From Escherichia phage phiC120: DNA of 64,000 nucleotides. A program made the translations under genes and the position numbers. The notes under the pieces were generated by a model. It saw only the letters and a list, made by a program, of their open reading frames with translations. It did no database searches and had not been told where the DNA came from. Below, in pieces: positions 54,222 to 64,000 of the stretch; the stretch's first letter is position 1; each line of letters starts with the position of its first letter. The stretch lies in the sequence record KY703222. One strand, written 5' to 3'.

Positions 54222-55213
54222 TATTGAACCTTATTAATATAAGTTAACAGCTCTTTAGTTTGTTCCCAACTGATGCACGCATCGGTAACGGAAACGCCAT
54301 AGGACATATTATCAGAAATTTTTTGATTTCCTTCATGTAGGAACGATTCTATCATAATTCCTTTGACCAAATCATTAGCTGCTAAATTTTTACCAATACC
54401 AATTTGATTGCTATAATGCCCATCAGCGTTTGCATGGCTACAGTCAACCATTACATAATGATTCAGACCTACTGCCCTTGCTTTGTTAGAAGCTTCTTGA
54501 ATATCAGAAGAATGATAGTTCGGGCCGTTGGTCCCGCCACGCAATACGATATGCGTATTCTGATTACCTTCAGCTTCAACAATGCCTACAGTACCATCGA
54601 CGTCCATACCCATATACCGATGAGGCCAGGCGGCACTATACATCGCGTCTGTAGCTACTTTAATAGAACCATTGGTTGCGTTCTTGAAGCCTACGCACAT
54701 CGGTAGACCTGAAGCAATTTCACGATGTGTCTGACTTTCAGTCGTACGGGCGCCAATAGCAACCCATGAGAAAATACCAGAAAGATACTTAATCGTGAAT
54801 GGGTCTAATACTTCAGTTGCTAATGGAAGTCCCATACGTAGAAGTTTACGACACAATGTTCGTGCAACTATAAGACCGTGGTTCATATCAAAACTTCCGT
54901 CAAGATATGGATCATTTACAAGACCTTTCCAACCTACGGTAGTTCGAGGCTTTTCAAAATAAACGCGCATCACTAACAGAACATTAGGAAGACGAGTTTG
55001 AAGTTCAGCCAGACGTTTGCCGTATTCAACAGCAGCAATAGGGTCATGAATTGAACAAGGACCTACAACAATAAGTTTGCGTGGGTCTTCACCGTTCATA
55101 ATCGAATTAACTTGTTCGCGATGAGAAGCCACTTGTGATGCGTAAGCTTCCGACAAAGGAATAATCTCAGCCAGTTCTTTTGGAGAAATAAGTTTTCCGA
55201 CGACAGGTAACAT
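54221..55213 (-). CDS. 3-deoxy-D-arabino-heptulosonate 7-phosphate (DAHP) synthase, class I AroG-like
   Basis: 330 aa; AroG/F/H hallmarks GPCSIHDP, MRVYFEKPRTTVGWKGL, GARTTESQTHRE, VGFKN, ILRGG, SHAN, ESFLHEGNQ, TDACISW; AAGGA SD. Confidence 0.88.
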   Translation of the reverse strand: MLPVVGKLISPKELAEIIPLSEAYASQVASHREQVNSIMNGEDPRKLIVVGPCSIHDPIAAVEYGKRLAELQTRLPNVLLVMRVYFEKPRTTVGWKGLVNDPYLDGSFDMNHGLIVARTLCRKLLRMGLPLATEVLDPFTIKYLSGIFSWVAIGARTTESQTHREIASGLPMCVGFKNATNGSIKVATDAMYSAAWPHRYMGMDVDGTVGIVEAEGNQNTHIVLRGGTNGPNYHSSDIQEASNKARAVGLNHYVMVDCSHANADGHYSNQIGIGKNLAANDLVKGIMIESFLHEGNQKISDNMSYGVSVTDACISWEQTKELLTYINKVQ

Positions 55214-55333
55214 AACAATCCTTAGGAGATATAAACAGATTCTGATTCAACAATACCTTTAACCGGATTAGACAGGCTAAGTTGGTAGTGCTCAGATTTA
55301 TGACCATTCTCAATAGTAATGAGATAGCTCTCA

Positions 55334-55570
55334 TTATAGTGTTCCATATACTCGAGTTGCTTCAACAAGACCATCACTGCCTAATTTAAGGCTAGTAATC
55401 TGGTCACCATCTTTAGGATTAACGATTATGAGAAAAGAACGTGGAGATTCTTGAATAACTCGTAATGTTGCATCCTGGAAACGTTCAGACACTTTATTGA
55501 TGAGTGCTTGAGCAAATTCTTTTACTTTAATCTGAAATTCGTGTACTGTAATTGGGGTTTCACTTAGCAT
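55334..55570 (-). CDS. hypothetical early protein (78 aa)
   Basis: ORF with GAGGAA SD directly behind an early promoter; first gene of the operon containing DAHP synthase and cd. Confidence 0.55.
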   Translation of the reverse strand: MLSETPITVHEFQIKVKEFAQALINKVSERFQDATLRVIQESPRSFLIIVNPKDGDQITSLKLGSDGLVEATRVYGTL

Positions 55571-55599
55571 TTCGATTTCCTCATTGTGTTGGTAGAGTT

Positions 55600-55629
55600 A
55601 TAGTATCACAACTCCACCATGTTGTAAAC
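55600..55629 (-). promoter_or_regulatory. early promoter GTTTACA-N17-TACTAT
   Basis: Minus-strand GTTTACA, 17 nt with TGTGA, TACTAT, 30 nt upstream of the 78-aa ORF. Confidence 0.55.
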
Positions 55630-55905
55630 TTAAATTGCAAAACATTTAATTTCTTGTGAATCGAAATCAACTTCACACTGAATTACTAGTTCGGCATCAA
55701 GACCAAACACAACAATCGCATGAGCCGAGCTGGGCAGCAATGTAACAGACACAGAATCCACTTGGTCAGGCACCAGAGTATTCAAAACGTAGAGTAGTTC
55801 AGAGTGGACCTTAAGCTCAGTAGCAGTATCCAGCTTATCAAAGAAATGATTTGCGATAATCTGGCTAAAAACTACCTTTACAATTTCAGAATATTTAGGG
55901 AACAT
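55630..55905 (-). CDS. hypothetical protein (91 aa)
   Basis: ORF in the cd-pseT small-gene cluster. Confidence 0.5.
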   Translation of the reverse strand: MFPKYSEIVKVVFSQIIANHFFDKLDTATELKVHSELLYVLNTLVPDQVDSVSVTLLPSSAHAIVVFGLDAELVIQCEVDFDSQEIKCFAI

Positions 55906-55912
55906 AATTACC

Positions 55913-56137
55913 TCAGTGCACAGTATTTACTTTAACTCGAACAACAAATTGCTCGGTCGGTTCACCTACAGGAACAAACTCTACATGATATTCGCCTTTG
56001 TAACGAGTATTCAGGTCGTTACGAATTTCGGTAAGCTTGTTGATTAATGTAGAACTCATATTAAGTCCTACTAGTTTACGAAGCATTTTGTATGCTTCAT
56101 CTTCGATTTCATGATGTTTATCGTACATAATTTTCAT
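55913..56137 (-). CDS. hypothetical protein (74 aa)
   Basis: ORF in the cd-pseT small-gene cluster. Confidence 0.5.
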   Translation of the reverse strand: MKIMYDKHHEIEDEAYKMLRKLVGLNMSSTLINKLTEIRNDLNTRYKGEYHVEFVPVGEPTEQFVVRVKVNTVH

Positions 56138-56308
56138 TTAACCATTCAATTGCCTGGTCGACGTTATCAAATATACCACCGTCCAAACGTTCTTCATGCT
56201 CATAGTCCAGCACATCAATACCGAACTGTCCATTTACTAAAGGCCAGGCTACAAACAAATATTCTTTATGCTGTTCGATGGCCTCAATCACTTCATATAA
56301 TCGTTTCA

Positions 56309-56309
<1 letters not shown>
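56118..56309 (-). CDS. hypothetical protein (63 aa)
   Basis: ORF immediately downstream of pseT with a 1-nt overlap. Confidence 0.5.
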
Positions 56310-57395
<1,086 letters not shown>

Positions 57396-57396
<1 letters not shown>

Positions 57397-57695
57397 TATT
57401 TTATTCCTAAGAAAGTTTCAAGAATACGAATGTTATGCTCGCGCCGGTCTTTATTAATTTCAGCAACGTTTTTATTAATTGACGTACTTCTAACGTTTGA
57501 AGAAATAAATTTAATCATATGACTTTTGAGTTGTTGCAAATCCAACCCTTTTTCTTTAGCAGCTTTACGAAGAGCTTTACCTGCTTCATCTAGTGCCTTT
57601 GCAGCATCTTTGTCATAATTGTCAAGTGACGTTCCACGGCAGATATCAATATACTCATCAGACCGTTTTATGTAATTCTCTAGTAATGTTTTCAT
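57396..57695 (-). CDS. hypothetical protein (99 aa)
   Basis: ORF between the spanin pair and pseT. Confidence 0.55.
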
Positions 57696-57752
57696 TTAGA
57701 TTTCCTCAATTATCCATAGGAGCATTATACTCTGCTCCCGAGAGTTTGTAAA

Positions 57753-57977
57753 CTATTTTACTAAAGATTCGATATACTCATGAAGAGCTTTAGTCGCTAC
57801 TGCCCACTTGTTTTGGTATTCATTTTTCAGATTAGCACGAGACTGAACTAACAAGCGGTCATTAGTCGGAGGCAAAGATTCTAATCGTTGAATCTGGCGC
57901 CCATAAATCATAGCCGCCATTTCAGATTCATAGATAAGCCCTTTAATGTATTCATGCTGTTCTTTAGTCATTGGCAT
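57753..57977 (-). CDS. hypothetical protein (74 aa)
   Basis: ORF overlapping the o-spanin stop. Confidence 0.5.
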   Translation of the reverse strand: MPMTKEQHEYIKGLIYESEMAAMIYGRQIQRLESLPPTNDRLLVQSRANLKNEYQNKWAVATKALHEYIESLVK

Positions 57978-58258
57978 TTTTCCTCTTTTAAACCACTACG
58001 ATAATAACATAACATAGTCTTCTGGTCATGTACATATCTTTTTACGTCGTTTAACCAGATACGAAATTCTTGAGAGTCTTCAAATGGCATTCCAACCCAT
58101 GGATTACCATCAATAACCTTTACTTGCCATTTCTGGTTATATTCAGCAATAGATTCAGGCCATTGCGGATGTAAAGTTTCTTTAGGGCTTAAGGGCACAT
58201 CCTGGGCACATCCGGCCAAAATGCCAATAGATAATACAACTGCGGTTAATTTAATCAT
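57968..58258 (-). CDS. outer-membrane spanin (Rz1-like lipoprotein)
   Basis: 96 aa; signal peptide with lipobox LAGC; Pro-rich mature region; directly downstream of the i-spanin. Confidence 0.75.
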   Translation of the reverse strand: MIKLTAVVLSIGILAGCAQDVPLSPKETLHPQWPESIAEYNQKWQVKVIDGNPWVGMPFEDSQEFRIWLNDVKRYVHDQKTMLCYYRSGLKEEKCQ

Positions 58259-58611
58259 TCTGAGAGCTTCCTGAGGTCTTCTGCAAAGGAATCGAAGGAC
58301 CTGTTGATTTGTTTTTCGACCAATCCTGGCTTACTTGCCACCACGTTCTTCTTCTTCGAATCCTTACGGAGCTTTTCATTTTCAGCCTTAAGTTGGTCAA
58401 CTAAAACACGGTTCTTATAAGTCATTTCTTCGATTGACTGATATTGAACTTTGAAGTCGTCTAATACTTTAGCATTGTTTTTAGCAGCCTCTTTAACAGA
58501 AGCTAATTCAGTATTCAACGAATCAACTTTGTTGTTTAAGACAACTATTGTTACCGTAGAAACTAGAGCAAAAGCTGCTACTATAGCGTAAATCGGATTT
58601 ACTTTAAGCAT
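58255..58611 (-). CDS. inner-membrane spanin (Rz-like)
   Basis: 118 aa; N-terminal TM helix then coiled-coil periplasmic domain; 4-nt overlap with the o-spanin gene. Confidence 0.75.
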   Translation of the reverse strand: MLKVNPIYAIVAAFALVSTVTIVVLNNKVDSLNTELASVKEAAKNNAKVLDDFKVQYQSIEEMTYKNRVLVDQLKAENEKLRKDSKKKNVVASKPGLVEKQINRSFDSFAEDLRKLSE

Positions 58612-59099
58612 GTTTTAATAATCTCAATGATTTCATCTCGGGATAATCCATTGATAAGAACGGTTTTCAAACCATCACACTGGATTTTGTACGATTCAAA
58701 CAATACACACAACTCTTCTGCTGTATGATACGGGCTTGAAATTCCGAGGCGGTTGAATTTGTCGGTAAGAGGGTCGCAAATAATGTAGAATTTTATACCT
58801 GCGATATGTACGTTTGGTTGACTAATATTAATGAACACATTAGCGTCATATTTAGTCAAATTGTTTTGAAGAAATTCAACCATGGCATTAACCGCTTCCG
58901 GCATTGCTTCACGTTTTTCTTCAGCGTATCGAGTAGAATACTCTTTTTGTTTTACTTTCTTTTTAAGATTTTTGGCCAGTGTAACACGGAGGTCAGTAAG
59001 ATAACCAACTGGACGGCCTTTCTTAAAGACTCGGATTCCATCTGTAGAATCACCAAATGCTGCCACAACCATATCGTTAGTAATCAATTGCATATTCAT
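58599..59099 (-). CDS. alc: Alc inhibitor of host transcription
   Basis: Start at MNMQLITNDMVVAAFGDS matching recalled T4 Alc; GAGGAG SD and early promoter upstream. Confidence 0.8.
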   Translation of the reverse strand: MNMQLITNDMVVAAFGDSTDGIRVFKKGRPVGYLTDLRVTLAKNLKKKVKQKEYSTRYAEEKREAMPEAVNAMVEFLQNNLTKYDANVFINISQPNVHIAGIKFYIICDPLTDKFNRLGISSPYHTAEELCVLFESYKIQCDGLKTVLINGLSRDEIIEIIKTCLK

Positions 59100-59129
59100 A
59101 ATTTTCTCCTCGTGTTGTTGATAAAAGCC

Positions 59130-59159
59130 ATAGTAACACCTTCCTTGGTGTTTGTAAAC
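59130..59159 (-). promoter_or_regulatory. early promoter GTTTACA-N17-TACTAT for alc
   Basis: Minus-strand GGTTTACA, 17 nt, TACTAT, 30 nt upstream of alc ATG. Confidence 0.55.
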
Positions 59160-59161
59160 CA

Positions 59162-60295
<1,134 letters not shown>

Positions 60296-60341
60296 TCAGT
60301 TAGTTTTTTTAAATTGTACCACAATCCTTGTGGTATGTAAA

Positions 60342-60752
60342 CTACTTTTTCTTATGTTGGATATTCCAAGGCGGGTTGAACTTTTTGATAAAAAGCGGTT
60401 CTTCAAGGTCCATTGTTGCGATGGTCATTGAACCAAGTTCGTTGGTGACTGAAAGGTCAAAACATTGGCGGGCCCAGAATTCAACCTTTTTACCTTGCAT
60501 TAAGGCATCCAAAATCATAAGTGATTTTCTTGAATCTGAAGTCTGGTCTTTTCGATTTATGGCTGTTCGATAATAGTTAATGCGTTTCTTTAAATTCTTG
60601 GTTTTACCAATATACACAAGTTCGTCATCTATAGCAATAGCGTATATGACATTTTTCTTATTAGGGGCATCAATGGTTTTAATTGTTGCATCTTCTAATA
60701 GCTCCAATTCTATATATTTAATAAAGGAATATTCGGCGGCAATATCTTTCAT
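60342..60752 (-). CDS. denA: endonuclease II DenA (GIY-YIG family)
   Basis: 136 aa, same length as T4 DenA; GIY-YIG motif VIYAIAIDDELVYIGKT. Confidence 0.85.
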   Translation of the reverse strand: MKDIAAEYSFIKYIELELLEDATIKTIDAPNKKNVIYAIAIDDELVYIGKTKNLKKRINYYRTAINRKDQTSDSRKSLMILDALMQGKKVEFWARQCFDLSVTNELGSMTIATMDLEEPLFIKKFNPPWNIQHKKK

Positions 60753-60760
60753 AATAAAGT

Positions 60761-60774
60761 GGGACCGAAGTCCC
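60761..60774 (-). promoter_or_regulatory. hairpin GGGAC-TTCG-GTCCC between nrdB stop and denA start (possible split RBS)
   Basis: Stable tetraloop hairpin lies between an AAGGA SD (overlapping nrdB stop) and the denA ATG. Confidence 0.45.
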
Positions 60775-60778
60775 GTCC

Positions 60779-61954
60779 TTAGAAATATTTTTTGTATGAA
60801 TTGATTACATTTTGGTCTACATCATTATCAATTTGTGCAACAAGATAAGAACTGATTTCAACTTCCTGAGGAGCTGCTTGAACTAAATCAGAGTTCAGAT
60901 ATTCACGAATCCAAGGATAAGGATGTTTGGTCGGAGCATCAGTAATTGGACACGGTAAACCACATTGTTTCATACGAGACACAGTCAAGTAATCAACAAA
61001 AGCACACATACTCTGTGTATTGATACCTGGACATGTACCGTCTTTAAAGAGGTGTGCAGCCCATTCCTTCTCTTGACTATTTACTTCCATAAAAATGTCA
61101 ACTGCTTCTTGTTCACATTCTTTAGCAATTTGGACCCACTCATCGCCATCAGTACCAGATTGAAGTTGACGGATAATGTACTGAGTACCCTTGAGATGGA
61201 GTTGTTCGTCACGAGCAATGAACTTCATAATCTTTGCATTGCCTTCCATAATTTCCATATTTTTATGGAAGTTGAAAGTACATGCAAATGATACGTAAAA
61301 ACGAATAGCTTCTAAGGCGTTGATAACATGCAAACAGAGATAAAGAGACTTCATTAAATCACGCTTGGCGTTAAACATTATTTCTTCGTACATCTCAATA
61401 TCATTCTGCTGGCATGAGCCTATTGAACACTCATAAACTTCCTTAGCATTTTCCCAATGGCGGGTCTTGACTAGAACATCATCGTAATATTTACCTATTG
61501 ATTCGGCTCGTTTCATGATTGCTTCGTCTAATACAATCTCATCAAATACCTTAGATGGATCGGTATAAAGATTTCGCATAATATGAGTATACGAACGAGA
61601 GTGAATAGTTTCACTGAATGTCCATGTTGCAACCCACGTATCTAATGAAGGGTCGGAAAGCAGTGCCATAAGTACCGCAGATGGGGCCCTGCCTTGGATA
61701 GAATCCAATAATGATTGATACTTAAGATTGTTTGTAAAGATGTCCTGTTGGAACTGAGGAAGCTTATTGAACTGTGCGGAGTCCAACATCAAGTTTACCT
61801 CTTCTGGGCGCCAGAAAAACGACAATTGTTTTTCAATAAGTTCTTCGAAAACTTTATGACGCTGAATATCATACCGCGCGAGGCCAAGACCAGAACCAAA
61901 GAACATCGGTTCATTCAAAACATCGACTTGTTGTGTGTTAAAAACTGTACTCAT
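60779..61954 (-). CDS. nrdB: ribonucleotide reductase small subunit NrdB (intron-less)
   Basis: 391 aa contiguous ORF with class Ia R2 features. Confidence 0.95.
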   Translation of the reverse strand: MSTVFNTQQVDVLNEPMFFGSGLGLARYDIQRHKVFEELIEKQLSFFWRPEEVNLMLDSAQFNKLPQFQQDIFTNNLKYQSLLDSIQGRAPSAVLMALLSDPSLDTWVATWTFSETIHSRSYTHIMRNLYTDPSKVFDEIVLDEAIMKRAESIGKYYDDVLVKTRHWENAKEVYECSIGSCQQNDIEMYEEIMFNAKRDLMKSLYLCLHVINALEAIRFYVSFACTFNFHKNMEIMEGNAKIMKFIARDEQLHLKGTQYIIRQLQSGTDGDEWVQIAKECEQEAVDIFMEVNSQEKEWAAHLFKDGTCPGINTQSMCAFVDYLTVSRMKQCGLPCPITDAPTKHPYPWIREYLNSDLVQAAPQEVEISSYLVAQIDNDVDQNVINSYKKYF

Positions 61955-62009
61955 TATATTTTCTCACTTAGTTATTAACTCATCCATGAGTAAATTATAA
62001 TCAAAAGTC

Positions 62010-64000
62010 TTAAAGCTTACAAGCAGAACAATCTTCAGCTTTAGGTGTTTCTAATTCATAGTCATCTGTACCTGACCCATCACGAGTGTTATGATAGTAG
62101 AGATTTTTTCCGCCAAAGTACCAGAAGTAAAGCAGATCGTCAAGCATTACCGACATTGGCACTTTACCTTTCTCAAATACTGCAGGGTCATAGTAAGTAT
62201 TAGCAGAAGCAGATTGGCACACCCATTTCAACATGATAGCAACTTGTGTCAAATAAGGTTTATTACCTTTCTTAGCAAGTTTCCACGCATAGTCGTAAAG
62301 ACTCATATTATGTTCGATATTAGGAACAACCTGACGGAAGTTGCCTTCTTTAGATTCTTTAATACTTACAGGTCCACGAGGTGGTTCTATACCGTTTGTG
62401 CTATTTGAGACTTGACTGCTTGATTCGCATGGCATGAGAGCACTAAGTGTACTGTTACGAATTCCGTGTTCTTTGAGTTCAGCTCGAAGTTCTTCCCAGT
62501 CACAGACGTAGTTCGGGGCTGCGATTTGGTCAATCTTTTTATTGTACCAGTCGATAGGTAATTCGCCTCTAGACCATTTAGTGTCTGAATAATACTCACA
62601 AGGCCCTTTTTCTTTGGCGAGTTTGATTGAAGCTTTGATAAGGCCATATTGTAATCTCTCGAACAATTCATGAGTCAAATCGTTAGCGTCTTCATATGAA
62701 GCAAAGTTAGAAGCTAACCATGCAGCGTAGTTCGTCACACCAACACCGAGATTTCGACGCTTTTTAGCTTTTAAAGCTTCTGGAACCGGATAATCTTGAT
62801 AGTCTAACAGGTTATCAAGTGCACGTACTTGTACTTCAGCAAGTTCATTAATTTTATCTTGGTCTTGCCAATCAAATTTATCTAATACAAAAGCAGATAA
62901 CGTACATAAACCAATTTCAGCATCAGGACCATTCACATCATTAGTTGGAATAGCGATTTCACAACATAAGTTACTCTGACGAATTGGAGCTTTTTCACGA
63001 ATAAACGGAGTGTAGTTATTCGTGTTATCAACAAACTGTGGATAAATTCGAGCAGTACCAGAACGTTCAGTCATGAACAATTCAAAGAGTTCTAGTGCTT
63101 TGATTCTTTTCTTTCTGATTGTTGGGTCTTTTTCAGCTTTCTCATAAAGCTCACGGAATTTATCTTGATCTTCAAAGAATGAGTAATATAGTTCGCCTGA
63201 CATTTCGTGAGGGCTAAATAAAGTAATATAATCATTTTTACCAAGGCGTTCCATCATGAGGTCATTAATCTGAATTCCGTAGTCCATATGTCGAATACGG
63301 TTTTCATCCACGCCTTTGTTATTTTTCAGAACTAATAGGTTCTCTACTTCTAAGTGCCACATCGGATAATACGCTGTAGCAGCACCACCACGAATACCAC
63401 CTTGAGAACAAGATTTTACTGCAGTTTGGAAATGTTTCCAGAATGGAATAACACCTGTATGTCGAACTTCACCCATACCGATCTTAGAACCTTCTGCACG
63501 AAGCATACCAACGTTGATACCGATACCAGCTCGTTTAGAAATATATTCAATAATTGATGCTGAAGTTTTGTTAATAGATTTTAACGAATCGCCGGCTTCA
63601 ATAACTACACAACTAGAGAACTGGCGAGTTGGAGTACGAGCACCTGCCATAATTGGAGTAGGCAATGAAACTTGATGAGTAGAAACGGCATCATAAAAAC
63701 GAATAATATGTTTCAAACGGTCATGAGTTTCGTCTTGATGTAAGGCCATACCGATAGCCATGATAGCAAACTGTGGAGTTTCATAAATCTTCCCAGTTGT
63801 TTTATCTTTAACCAGGTATTTTTCTTTAAGCTGCATAGCACCAGCATAAGTCAAATCAAAATCTCGCTCATGTTTAATCCGAGAATCAAGATAAATGATT
63901 TCTTCTGCAGAATATCTAGACAACAACTCAGGATCGTATTTGCCTTCATTAACACAATACGAGATATGGTCGATAAAAGCAGGAGGTTCAAACTGTCCGT
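62010..64000 (-). CDS. nrdA: ribonucleotide reductase large subunit NrdA (partial; N-terminus beyond window end)
   Basis: Reading frame stays open to position 64000; track start at 63926 is a TTG inside the gene; class Ia R1 motifs (NLCCEI, catalytic Cys region). Confidence 0.95.
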   Translation of the reverse strand, partial: GQFEPPAFIDHISYCVNEGKYDPELLSRYSAEEIIYLDSRIKHERDFDLTYAGAMQLKEKYLVKDKTTGKIYETPQFAIMAIGMALHQDETHDRLKHIIRFYDAVSTHQVSLPTPIMAGARTPTRQFSSCVVIEAGDSLKSINKTSASIIEYISKRAGIGINVGMLRAEGSKIGMGEVRHTGVIPFWKHFQTAVKSCSQGGIRGGAATAYYPMWHLEVENLLVLKNNKGVDENRIRHMDYGIQINDLMMERLGKNDYITLFSPHEMSGELYYSFFEDQDKFRELYEKAEKDPTIRKKRIKALELFELFMTERSGTARIYPQFVDNTNNYTPFIREKAPIRQSNLCCEIAIPTNDVNGPDAEIGLCTLSAFVLDKFDWQDQDKINELAEVQVRALDNLLDYQDYPVPEALKAKKRRNLGVGVTNYAAWLASNFASYEDANDLTHELFERLQYGLIKASIKLAKEKGPCEYYSDTKWSRGELPIDWYNKKIDQIAAPNYVCDWEELRAELKEHGIRNSTLSALMPCESSSQVSNSTNGIEPPRGPVSIKESKEGNFRQVVPNIEHNMSLYDYAWKLAKKGNKPYLTQVAIMLKWVCQSASANTYYDPAVFEKGKVPMSVMLDDLLYFWYFGGKNLYYHNTRDGSGTDDYELETPKAEDCSACKL

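Noticed and set aside
62010-63926. Track start of nrdA at 63926
   Set aside because: That codon is TTG and the frame stays open upstream to the window edge; the gene is 5'-truncated by the window, not started here.

Overview
This window is a contiguous segment of a T4-like myophage genome (Tevenvirinae), colinear with phage T4 from gene 4 through nrdA. Gene identities are assigned from my recall of T4 protein sequences and from motifs visible in the translated ORFs; no database search was run. Plus strand, 1-30.9 kb: late structural and packaging module (baseplate wedge/hub 53, 5, 5.1, 5.4, 6-11; short tail fiber 12; fibritin wac; neck 13/14; 15; terminase 16/17; sheath 18; tube 19; portal 20; prohead core 67/68; protease 21; scaffold 22; major capsid 23; vertex 24). 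30.9-38.5 kb: rnlB, hoc, inh, uvsW, uvsY, 25, 26. 38.5-44.8 kb: hub genes 51, 27, 28, 29, 48, 54. 44.8-64 kb, all minus strand: early/middle region (alt, DNA ligase 30 and 30.x ORFs, rIII, 31, cd, pseT, spanin pair, alc, rnlA, denA, nrdB, partial nrdA). Regulatory signals are dense: exact TATAAATA late promoters, GTTTACA-N17-TACTAT early promoters, MotA-box middle promoters, and GC-stem tetraloop hairpins at operon ends. No tRNA, CRISPR array, intron or homing endonuclease gene was found. The most notable departures from the T4 layout are: (1) the gp29 tape-measure frame is broken at an A9 run, with the gp29-like C-terminus open in the +1 frame; (2) a class I DAHP synthase (AroG-like) gene sits in the early cd-pseT operon; (3) an 89-aa early gene lies on the opposite strand between genes 23 and 24, where T4 carries segD; (4) Hoc has one extra Ig-like domain; (5) an unusually long ~370 bp non-coding stretch separates rIII from a small basic-protein gene.
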